A stretch of 64,000 bases of DNA, taken from positions 1 through 64,000 of the forward strand of contig NW_020846293.1 of assembly GCF_003704095.1 (NCBI RefSeq). The letters run 5' to 3'. The stretch is from Pocillopora damicornis. Taxonomy: Eukaryota. The position numbers and the translations under genes are program-made. The notes beneath the pieces were generated by a model. It was not told where the DNA came from, did not search any database, and was given only the letters and a program-made list of their open reading frames with translations. Of this stretch, positions 26,344 through 38,800 are shown piece after piece. Numbering within the stretch: the stretch's first letter is position 1; the number at the start of each line of letters is the position of its first letter.

Positions 26344-29300
26344 AAGCATCAGTGATTCAAAGGATTCATTCCCGAATTGTAAAGCTGCCAATGTATTGTA
26401 TAGAGAGAAAAAGAAAGAGTTATTTAATGCATAGGAACAAAGCTTGCTTTCTCTTTGATAGTCTGCTTCGAGTTACCGGGAATCCGTGTAATCTGCTGAA
26501 AACAAAAAGGAACAAACCACCTCTAGTCTAAGTGGCGTACTATTTTTATTCAATCTGGCAAACCAGACCGAGCAGAACACCCAGTTATCGTTTGATCAAT
26601 TAAAAATGCCGCTCGAGAGTTCGCCAAGCCATTAGGAAAGATTAAGTAAATAAAACAGTTTATTGCCTTGGGGCATTCAGCAACAACCATGTTATCTACT
26701 CAACTAGAAACACACACAGGCTGCAAGGAAAAAGGCCAAATATACATGAAATTTTATCACGAGTTATCAGTTGAAATATGTTGTAATATAAAGCGATTTG
26801 AGAGACGAAAAAAAATGTAACATAAGAGATTGTTCCATTGAGGAACTTGTGTATGAAATTGTGAATGTTTTACAAAGCTATTTTATAATTTAAGTGTGAG
26901 CTAATTCAACCGACCGACCTCAGATGCTGAGGTACATATAAAGTTAACATCCCATGCCAAACACTAAGCATAAAACATACCGAGATAGTTACAGTGTTAG
27001 AAAGAGGAATTTAATCACTTTTCTGAGACATAGATAATAATAATAATAAAAATGAAATTATTATGCAACATACTGTTTGTTCTAAAAACTTGTGAGTTGA
27101 ATTCAGACGAAATAAAGACTGTTAGTCAACAGGTGTAAGTCATGTGTTTATCAATGTCCCGTGTTTCAGTATAACTGTTTTACACAACTCTAAAAAATTT
27201 CTGCCAAATCAAAGTGCTTCTCTAGTTAAAAAAAAAACTCGCTCGAGAAGCAACGAAATTTTCATTGTATCGCCTGCAACGTTTAAAAGAATTCGCGCAG
27301 ATGCGATGAGGCGCTAGTCACGAACTCAGCATCTCTTTTTCGCGCACTGATAAAAACTTAGCAATGTTAAAATTCCCATTGTTTAGTTCGTCTTTTCGTG
27401 TTTTTATTACAGAATCATTATTACGGAGTCCTCTTGAAAGCTTTCATCAAGGGCACCTTAGGAGTCACAGGAATGCGGTACGTAAGTTCGTACGGATAAA
27501 AATTCGTGAATTTTCCTGCACGAGTGATTGCAAAACAAGAACGCCAAAACAAGCCTTCAAGACGGAACTCCTTTTAAAAAGACCCTGGCGGGCGGGCGTC
27601 AGAAAAGGCCAAACACATGGAACTTTCTAAAAGACCACCCAATGTTTTGCAAAACACTCTCCGGTCGATCTTTTAAAAGGCAAAGTTAGCTCATGTTTTA
27701 TGTACGAGTGTCAAGCGAGGCTTTTTAAACCAGAACACTTGAGTTGAGCACAATCAGCGGGGGGTAGATGACTACATTTCCGTAGCACAGCCATGTAGTA
27801 GCCAGCTTTTGTTCGCTGACGACTAAGTCCCGCCTCAATCAAAGCACCAACGAAAAAACAACGCGCTCGTCGAGCGAGGTTTTCGCACACTCCCTTGTAC
27901 AAAATTCCTCAAAAAAAAATTAGCTCTAAAAGGTAAAACCATTTGAAAGGTGTGGGTTTAACTACGTGAATGAACAGGAAATTTAATAATTCTGTTCTAA
28001 TTGATTGTAATTTTTCAAAAACGCATCGACGAATTTATGTACATATTTAGCTTGCCCCCAAGCAGAATCTTCCATTCTTACGAGTATAAATAGCATTTAC
28101 TTTGCAAATGGACAGTTCTCGCTGTACGTGAGAGAGCATGCACTTAACTTCAATTAAATCTATACCGTCAGAAATGTTTTAGTCCGTGTTTGAAGACAGG
28201 TGAAAATATTGGGAAAATTTGTCTCGCCAATGACAAAATTAATTCAACAGGCTTTTGCCTTTTCCTATTTTCTCTCGTTTTAATCGCGTGCAAATAAATA
28301 ACAAGGAGTGCCTGAAGCAAGATTTGACCTTCTACGTGGACATCCGGTTTTTGTCTCATTTGAGTCACATCGACCACATTTTAACAACAAAAACCCACTA
28401 ATGTTCAATCGAGAGGCAAAGTGCACTTGTAAGCTAAGTAAAAGGAACACCTTGCAAATTCAAATTACTCAAGGTTATAGGCGAGCGCGGCTCTCTTAGC
28501 GAATATTGAATTTACTGAATCATTTATGAAATTTCCGTTGGCGTTAAAACTCATTTTTACTGTTGACGGGCAATTACAGCTCGGGTAAACACTCTTTCTC
28601 CCTTTAATTGCAAAAGAACAGGGTAAATATTAAAAAGTTCTTAAAGCGAGGCGGTTTGTTTGGTTGTCTCGAATAAGTTTAAGTGTTCTCTAATAAAAAG
28701 CTCTCAAGGGACGTTATTAATACTTCCTTTTATGCTTAAAAGTTTTAAGCGACATCACCCTCACTAAAAAAAACCCTTAACGATGTAATTTCAAGCTTTC
28801 TTCGTTTTAGGCTCGGCAAAAAAGTCCGAACGCTGGGAATTATAATCTATTTAAAACCCTATTTCTGCTCCAAGTTTTACGGTTTCAAAAGAGCTGATTC
28901 AAAAATTACAAGCAAATGTCAAGCCCAGCAGATTTTGCCCGAGACTAAATTACGGTATGAATTACCTAGCAAAATACCTCCAGCTCTGAAATTTCATCCT
29001 GACCTCTAACAATGTTTTACATTTTATCTACAAAGTGATATTGACAGGAAAAGAAATTGTATAGGATAAATTGATCGTAAATGAAACTAGAGTTCAAAAG
29101 ATCTTCGACCTAGGCATATTCTTTTAAGCAAAATCATGCATATCCCGCACAAAATTGGAAGAGCTCTGACATAGTATTGCGTCTGGCAAAAAATGTTCAG
29201 TATATCTTTCCCGCAGGCGAAGCCAGTTTTCATGTTCCTCACTAGCCGTCAACTATTCTTAACCTTACTTAAACAAATGCGTCTTCTGTTTTGGACAATA

Positions 29301-32300
29301 ATAAACCACGAAACTATGCAACTGGAAATCTTTAGTTCACTTTTCATCGCAAAAACAGAAATACATAAAAGTGAAGTTGTTATATCATTCAATCTATTCA
29401 CTTACAGGTGTCTAACTGAGTGAAAGCTGAGATAAAAGAATCTGGAGGCAGTCATAAAAGCTCTCAAATCATTTTGACAAACCCACGCATCTACAAAAAT
29501 AACCTGTAGCAAAAGCTTTCTCTATAACTTGGTATCGAGGAACCAAACGGTACAGCTCAAGTATAAATTATTTTTAAATCTACGTTAAAATGTACTAACT
29601 TTTGATTTCAGCCAACGGAATAACATTGAGCGTTCTGAGCTATTTTGAGAACATTTTCCTCAGACAATATTATTGTAAAATATTGCCGCCAGGAACAAAG
29701 ACAGCTAAAGGAATTAAAAAGAACAATTGTTGGTTTTGTTAATATAAAATCAACTTGAGGTTTAACAAAGGGAGGTTACCCTTGGCAACATGCTTTGACT
29801 ACAAACACGCCTTTTCAGTTTTCGTTGTGTTTTGTCGACATCACAAAAACGCCGCAATAGCTTTTAGTTAAGCTGTTAAACGTTCAATAGGTATTGTCTT
29901 GTCATAAATAATACCTTGAACCGTTACTAGAGGGATTTAACAAGGAAGACAAACAAAACTCCAGTGTTTTTACACCTCAGAGAGTTGCCCGGTTTTAAAA
30001 ATAATGTAAAGAAATCATTTGATGTCGAGACAAATCGGATATTGTTTGTGTCTTCAAGTTCATTTAAGAATATTCTAACGCTAAAAAAAGCGATGAAACA
30101 ATAGGGAAAGGTTTATTGTGTTTTCCGACCTTTAAGAGGTTAAGTTTGATCGTAAACACCTAATACAGTCGCAAGTAGTTTTGCTGCAATACAACCAAAT
30201 GAGCTTTATGACTAAGACTCGAACAGCAGCTTATGCAAAGAGACAAGTTTGCAGGAACGTTTTTTTCACATGCAACTCTTGCTCGTTCTTAACAACGCTG
30301 TTCTCATTTATTTCTCATGAGAGAATGGCAAATTTTTACACCTTGAGAACAGCTAAAAAGTAGAAAAGAAAAGGGGGAATAGCCTTTCTGTTTTGTACTG
30401 AATTGCCCCACTGATGGTAATATACCATTAGCAGCTGATGTCGCTTCTTAGATTTATCTTATTTGAAGATTATCTCTTAAAGCTAAGGACAGTTGTTGCT
30501 ATTTTTCAACAAATCCCAAATAGAGATAACATTTTTAACTCTCTTTTTGGTTCGTCCCAGAGAACACGATTAAATACCCGTTAAAAAAAAAATAGCTTTT
30601 GCCTTAGTCGAAAGAAAACTGAGCTGTCGAATTGGCGGTTTAACGGAACAAGATGTCAGCCTTGTTGCTTGGATTTCTCGACATTGTTATCCAAGACCCT
30701 AGGTGATTTGATAACAAACTTTAAAAGCCCCAGGACTTTAGAGATCCTCCTACAACCTTTATCTGCAATAAAAACAATGATTCTCCAGAATTTTCGATTG
30801 CCAAAACTGACTGTACGTCTCTAGCCTCATCAAAGCCTTTTGTCCTTGTAAAACGTCGACGAAGAAAAAAGATTGTCAAGAAAAAGTCGAAAACAAAATC
30901 GTTCAATTTGAGACGGCTGAACTTCCAATCATTTTATTTCAAAAATAAAAAAAACATATTTGTATATTGAAAAGCTTAAAATCCATTTACAAACTTTCAA
31001 ACATTCGACAAAGCAAAAAAAATTGTAAATGTTTATTTTCAAAGAAGTTTGCGTATTCGCACAGAATAGCTTCTGGGTAATTTCTTTTCCAGTGATTCCT
31101 TTAATTGAGAGAAACAACTGCAACTGTTTTCAACCAAGGGAAAATTGTATTTCTTTATCGTCAGAGGAAAATGCTTCTCGAACAATTAATAAAAGGAGGA
31201 CGTTATTTAGAAGTTTCATGAAATTATCAAATATTGGGTAAAAATTCAACCATTTTATTGCAAGGAAATAATTTCTCTCAAAACTTCTACGTTTTAAAAA
31301 TTGGCTTTTTTTCCCCTTTTCATAAAACAATCAATAAATACTAAACATCAGTGATCTTATCTAAGAAGGTCAAGGTTTCTGGGATTTTTTTTTCCAGCCA
31401 AGAAATCCGTTTTCATGGTCAAAACTGTTGATTCTAGAAAACACTTCCGACACGATTCCGTTCGATTTGTTGTGTCGCCAATTCCCAGCTGATAAAACAC
31501 CGCTGTTGTTAGGTCAATATTGCTAAACGGTTTGTACATTAATTTGACGAGAAAATTTTACATACTGTCGGTCATCATTGACAAATGTTTACTTTTTTAC
31601 AAAAGAAAGAGTACGAACGTGACTTTTGATGAAAAATGCTGCAAAAAATTGGAACTGGATGAAACAGGAACGCGTTAGTATTACACAAATTCTACTCTAA
31701 TCAATTCATTTATGAGGTTTCCATTCATTGCGCATGCGCAAAATACTCTTTAAGTTAATTTGGCCCTTGGTAACGAATCTCTAAAATGGGATGTCTTGAA
31801 GACGCTTGCAGAGAGCAAGTAGGAGTATAATAAGCTTCGACTCAAGGTGCCAACGGTTGAGTAAAAGAGGCGTCCCACAACTAGGCCAAGAAGGAATTGT
31901 GTTCATATAAATTAATTAATTAGTATTTTAACAGAGTGGGTTGGGTGAAATGCTCGCTAAAGGGGCTACTACCGAGGAAATTCAATTCCTGCTCACGCCC
32001 CTGGGAAGGTCTGAGACAAAGGTCACTGCCTATCCTAGATGGATACCCTTATAACTATAGGGGTGGATCACTAGAAACAGGCTCGGCGAATTGCAAATGG
32101 CAGATGAATCCCTCCTATTTCAGGAGGGAGAATGCCAGCAATTGCGTCAAAGTTGGAAAGGTTCCACGACCAGCATAGTAAGTTCAATCAGCGAGGTGAC
32201 GCCTTCATAGGTGTTATAACTCAATTCAGACTACTCTTTGTCCAACCCAAACATTTTGGTTTTAATATTTGTCCGTTTTTATCATTTTTAACACATTAAC

Positions 32301-32827
32301 CTTGCAACTAACTAGTCTTTAGCTTTATTTCTGACAAACTAGCACAAAATAGGTGTCAGGAGAAAGAAGTAATTATCAATTGTCTCATTAACAGCCATTA
32401 TATTTACCTTCCGTTAATTTTTCTTTCCGCGGAAAGGATCACATCGACTTCCACCAAGTTCTCGTAGAGATAAGTAAATTCTTAAAACCAATTTTCAATT
32501 ATTTCACTCAATAGCTGTCGAGAATTTTTAATGCTTATCCTCACCAAATCACAGAGAGGTGATTGCAGTGACTTTCAAGTCTTGTCCTCTTCCAGTATTA
32601 AGCTGACGAGAATAAAAGCGGATTCTTCATTAAAGCCACGGATGTCGACGGTACAAATGCAAATTCATGGCGAGTTACTGTCTGCGAGATATGAATATGC
32701 GTTCCTAGAGAAAGGCCCTCGCTCAAAATGTATGTTTACTCCCTCGTTCGATCGTAACTTGGTAATTACGGCGGATAACAACAGCAAACCGTAGAGTAAC
32801 GACTGCCTGCTACAGAATACTGCTCAG

Positions 32828-35800
32828 TCATTCGTGCATTTCTGAGTCTAGAAGATCGTCCAGAATATCTTTCTTTTTCTTAGCGGTTTTTGGAGCTGAA
32901 GACAAAGTTAAGGGAAGAAATACAAGAACAGCAAAGAACAAAAACAAAGAACACCCTCTGACAAGATAGTTTTACTAGAAACCGCTGCTAAACAAATGCA
33001 TTCCTCTTAATCGAGTTGGATATTACTGTTTCACTTGAATGTATAGCTCTACAAATCCAAATCAGCTGAAAAAAAAAGAACAATGATTGAAGAATACCAA
33101 CTTTATTTACAAAGGATACTGCCATGAAAGTGTTCAGCGGTTCTCTTTCGCAAAGCATCCACACTGTCTTCGTCCTCGGCCCATTCCAGTACCAGTCTTC
33201 GCCCATACAAATGGGTACTGCTACAAAGGGACTCAAACGCGCGCTACAAAACAGATCCATCTCTGCTTAATGCTCTCCATCAGACGAGAGGAGAAAACGT
33301 ACTTGTGTTTCAGAAACCGTTTAACCCGAACTTTAAGCTCAGGAAGAGGCGATCACGAATTCAAGCTTCGGACAGTTTCATTTTCATTTCGTGATTCTTT
33401 AATACTGACATTTGTATCATGTTCTAAAAGCTTCAAGCATCCCTCGATCGAGACATACTCGATAAAGCAAACGACTGTGAACAATAAAAAGGACTGCAAG
33501 GTAACATTGCAGTCTTTCTTAGAGCGTGTTACTGATCTCTGAGTCAGGATCAGGTTTGCAGACAGGAAATTGAAATCACTGCTAACACATCAACTTGATC
33601 ATGCTCGTTTTCACCACAAAGGGGTTTGTTGTGCTCCTCGGATAACACGCACAAACCCACAGATACTTCAAGAACAGACTGACAGGCGAATATCTACTTT
33701 CTGTACTGGGTAACGTAACAAGTACTTACTTTAGCATCTTGTTTGGTGAGAAAATCAACAAAAGCAAATCCTCTGTGAGAACCAGTTCCAGCTTGCTTCT
33801 GAGGAAGCCTCAACGTTTTTATCTCCCCAAAAGTGCTATCATAAAAACAAAATACACAGCTCAGAAAAGAATGTCCCGGAGCTTAATTGTTTAACGAATC
33901 TCCTAATAAACACTTGGATTATTTAACTCTGGACTAATTAACTCATGACACGAGTGCCGAGGTGCCGAGAGAAAAGTGCTTTATTGCTTCCATGTAAAAC
34001 CGAAGCTAAAACACAGCACAGAAGCATAGGAAGGCATAGGGGGGCATAGGAGTCTCAAAGGATCGCCGGTCTCAAATGATCACCGGTTTACCCCCCTCCC
34101 CTCCCCTCCCTTCACATTTTGTCAGGCTTCGCTGACAGTTCTCCAGTGTCCATTTCTTCTCCAAGGTGGAGAGAGTCGCTGTGAGAGTACAGTGCCTTAC
34201 CCAACACCACAACATGATGAGCTGGCAAGAACCCTGACCTTGTCGATAGTTTAGAGTTCAGCAGAGTAACCGACTAATCACCCAGAAAAACCATTATACG
34301 TACCCAAAAAGTTCTTTGATTTCTTTCTTTGACGCTTCAAAAGGAACATTTCGCACCAGAATTTTCGAACTGGTTTGTTTCTTGGTCGAAGCAGATTTAC
34401 GCTGTGCTACCTTCTCACTGAAAAAAAAAAAAAATAAAATAAATAATGGTAATACCAATATACAGACGAATGGAAGTTGAGGCATGACCATCGAACTTTT
34501 GTGTTGAGATACTTTTGCTCTGTGTTACATCAAATTGTATTTCAATATCGTCTCTGGCAATTCATATTCGCCTTCCATTGGTTTTGACATTCGCGCTAAG
34601 ATTCGTTCAAAATAATCGTGCCACAAATACAACCAATCAGCCCGAGCTACACGTGACTCGGTCAGAGCCGTTTTTCAGGGGGCTTCAGGCCAGTCACGTG
34701 AATTTGCTTAAGCTTCTCATTGAATCGTTCGGCTGTTAACATTTGTTGCGTCTATCCGATGCAATTGCTCTAAGTTAGGTTTGACGACTCTAGATCGATA
34801 ACCACTCGTGGACAACTTTTAACACCCAAAATCTCTACTCTATCTGCCATTCATTCCTTAGAACTTCAGGCCTGTGAATTTGCGTCTAAATCAGGAAAAA
34901 TCCCTTATTCGACAGTCTTTCCTGATCTCGTCACCTTTCTTCTTCACAATGTAATCAACTTTTTAAGGAGTCATTGCTTTCTGGCCATTCATGGGAGTTC
35001 ACCTACCTTGGTTTTCTGTGTGACATTTTGAGCTCCAAAGTATGCCCTTCCAGGAGAGATTTCTGACAAAAACGAAAACAATATTGTTACAATCAAATTT
35101 TCCAGCTCAACTTAAAACAAAACCTTCCACAATTACTCTCCTATTTCACAGAAAACTTCACCACAAAATGTTTTTAAAAAATTCATCCAAAGGTTTCCGA
35201 TTAACAAAGATAAACCAGGAAATGTAATAAATGAAACAATGAGTTGTTTCAGACTAGTGTCAATTACGATTCAAGAAATACTATCTCCTAGAAAATAAGA
35301 GGTACTTGGGTTAAATTCTTCTGGTCAGAGAGTTTCTTGGCCGTGCTTCTTGCCGATTCAACTCCCGGCATGCGAAGCCAGCCGCCTCATTTCATCATTT
35401 GTAATACCTTTCTCAGACACTCCACGATAAATCTAACAAACCTGGAGTTCTGTGATTGCACGTAAAGCGTCCGATCTTTTCTTGTATTCTACAAATCCGT
35501 AACCCATGGAAAGCAAATTTCCTGCAAATAAAGAGACAAGTGAGTACGTAAGCAGACGGGGATCATGGGAAGGCAAGCGAGGAGAAACTATAAGTTCAAG
35601 TAAAAGAACGGCCAATTAGTATTGAGGGCATAACATATGGAGCCAATCCGAATTGAGGGACATAAAATATAAAGGCCAATCAGAATTGAGAGACATAACA
35701 TATGGAGCCAATAAGAAAACTCAAAGTAAAAACAAAAAATCTGTTTCAGTGAAGCACAGGAAAACGGGGTTAATCAAGACGCAATTGGGTTTAGTTTTGA

Positions 35801-38800
35801 ATCTGATTGGTTGAAAAAGTGTGGCGAGTTTCCTGAACCAATCAGTATGGAAAGAAAAGCAAAATCAAAGTAGTTTCAGGGGACTTTCGACACTCAATTG
35901 AGATTTGTTCTTGTGGGAGACATAAGGGCTTAATGGTCGGCAGGCTGGATTCTGAATCGAGAGGTCTGGGCTCAAGCCCTGGCCGAGGCGTTGTGTTGTG
36001 TTCCCGGGTACGACATCTAGTTACACCCACAGAGCCTCGCTCCAACCAAGAAAGCTACCAAAATACAGATTGGTCTAGACCAATAAGGTTATCACAATTA
36101 TCACACCCGAGTGAGTTAGATTCATTCCTTGTTTCCATGATCTTGGGGAACTAAAAAGTATATAAAGTAATTATTTTACCCTCTGTTTGAGGAAATCCAC
36201 AACGAATGGAATCATGTCAATGGATGATCTTATTTATTCTAAATGAAGACAAATGTGCAATAAACAGACCAGGCTTTTTAGGATCCTTTTTCTTGGCGAT
36301 TGTTGCCGTAAGAAGTGGGCCGATCTTGGAAAATGCCTAACACAAAAGCATCACGATTAAAGTTGTGTAGTCATAACTGTTTTAAGTTTTATAACTTAAG
36401 ACAAAAGATAATATGTGTTGTTGTTTGATCGAACTGAGAGTAACCTTACCTCTTTCAGCGTTTCTTCTGATGTTTCAAAATTCAAGTTTTTTACAAAAAC
36501 AGTTGTGCCTTCCGTATTTTCTGAATCATCAACATCCTCGCCGTCAACATCTGTTCCTTTATCCTCTGCTGCTTCTTTTCCCTGCTGAATAAACAAACAG
36601 AAGTCGTCGAGTTATTTTCCACTAGTCTTTAAAATCTCTGAGCTATGGTGTATTTTATAGGTAGAAAAGAAACTCAAAAGCTTAGCTATGAATATCACCT
36701 CGTCAATACTCATTTTTTTCTCCGTTTTTATCTCCTCTTCTTTCTTTTCTTCAGGTTTTTCCGAGAAAACACCCAAAGGAGCCCACTCCAAGTACAATGG
36801 AACATGTTTAAACTATTAAGAGAAAAAAAATGTCATTAAAACACAGCCATCTACTGAAAAAAAAGTCTTAACAGAGGACAAATGGCATATGTCCCTGTTT
36901 CTGAAGCAGGATACGACTAAGAATATTGCTACTCCCCTTGAAAGGAATGCTGGTCTGCAATAGATCCCCCCTAATGTAACAATTTGTCTCTTTCCCCATT
37001 CATTTGCTGGTACCCATCTACACTCCTGAGAGGGGATGTGCACTGTGACATTTAAGTGTCTTGTCCACGAACACAACACAATGACTCTCATCGGTGCTTT
37101 ACACTTCCACCTTTTTGACCTGGAATCCCATGAGAAATAGACCCCTAGCCCCTCCCCTCTCTTTCCTTTTGACCCTCACTCACCCCCTTGGTACAAATTT
37201 CTTCCTCACCCTAGCCTCCCACTGCTCAATAAATCAAATGATGGCAGCTATAATTTTCACCAAGAAAGCCTTGAGCACTTGCTCCCCAATATCATGCCTG
37301 ATTATGCAGGCTACATCCCTCACTGTCTCACAATGATGTAAAACAAAAAAGAGCTCTTCAATAAAGCAATAACAATCAAAGGCTTTAGTTATGAACTTAC
37401 TTTACTATATGCCAACTTTTGAAAGGCCTTCTTTGCTAGGCTTGGCTCAAAGAACTCTACAAGAGCTGTGATTCCTGATGGTGGCAACACAAGCCTTGCC
37501 ACTTTTCCAAACGGTGAAAAAATGTTCATCAGCTCTTCACTTGATGTGTTGAAAGGGAGATTTTTCACCAACAAGACAGTCTTACTTCTTTTTGCCGCAG
37601 GCTATATTTAACACAAGAAACAAACAAGATTATCTGTACTTTATCCTTACAGTATAATCTTTTACAAATGGAGTCTTTATAGAATAAAAGCAAACTTGTC
37701 TAAAATGTTTAAACATAGGTTTTTAATCTAGAGCCTCAGTCTAGTTTCTTTTGTATGAGGAAATTTAAAATCATTGATACCCTTTACACTTTCCCACTAC
37801 CAATAAATTAACCCTTTGATTCCAGTGAATGACCAAGACAGAATTTCTCAGAAATATCAATTAGGGGATTATAAGTTGATCCAATACCAAATTCTCCAGA
37901 CTGACATCACAAGAACTGTATGGCAGATAGTAAGGAGAATTACTGATGAGATCTTGGGAGTTTAAGGGTTAAACCCCACAATTTTCTCAAGGTACTGTTA
38001 TGATCCATTGTCAACCATTTTAACTTGTAAAAAAAATTCTCTATAACTCTTCTATCTCAAGTATCTAGATGCAACCAGTCACTTTGTTAGAAAAAAATAA
38101 GAGAAATATTTTCATGTGCAACATTTTCAGACAAAATTTGTGAATAAAAGAGAGTACAAGTAACAAAAATTCAAATGCTAACCACACACCTGTCCAAAAA
38201 CATCAAGCTTGACACCTTGAGACATGAGAAACTTCCTTGTTTCTGTAACAACTTGTGTCTCCCCAAGAGCCATGCGTACAGCCAGACTTCTGGAAGAAGC
38301 ATCATCTAGAATGCTACCCTTAGTGGTGTGATATTGATCAGCCATCGCATCAGCAACAGCATTCATTCCCAAAAATAATGTGTTCCAATTGTGGTCATGA
38401 CCACTAAGAGTTTTCTTTTTTGCATCACGCTTCGACTTGAAGGATGTTGCTGCATCTGTGAAGATATTCCACAAAACTATTCCTTATAAGGTACCCTTGC
38501 CAACACTGTAATATAAATTATTAGTCAGACACCCCCACACCCAAAGCACCTGTGAAAAGGAAGTGCCTCTGTGTGTATGATTGCAACATGAGCTGCAGCA
38601 CCTTGACTTTGGAGCAGTACATACAGAGCAGTTTGCAGAGACGTGGTGCAATTATTTGCTACCAAGTTTATCTCACTTGCTAAACAACAAACCTGTTTTT
38701 TCGTCTTCTTTAGTTTCCTTGGCCTTGGATGGTAATATGTGGAGCAGTCTTCCTTGAAATACTTTGCCATCAAGTTCATTGAAAGCCTTCACAGCATGCT

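Noticed and set aside
33087-33542. 151-aa plus-strand ORF
   Set aside because: Overlaps an RBM19 exon and intron antisense, with no homology signal.
38470-38680. Intronic H/ACA snoRNA in RBM19
   Set aside because: A partial hairpin is visible, but no correctly placed ANANNA box or terminal ACA could be found.
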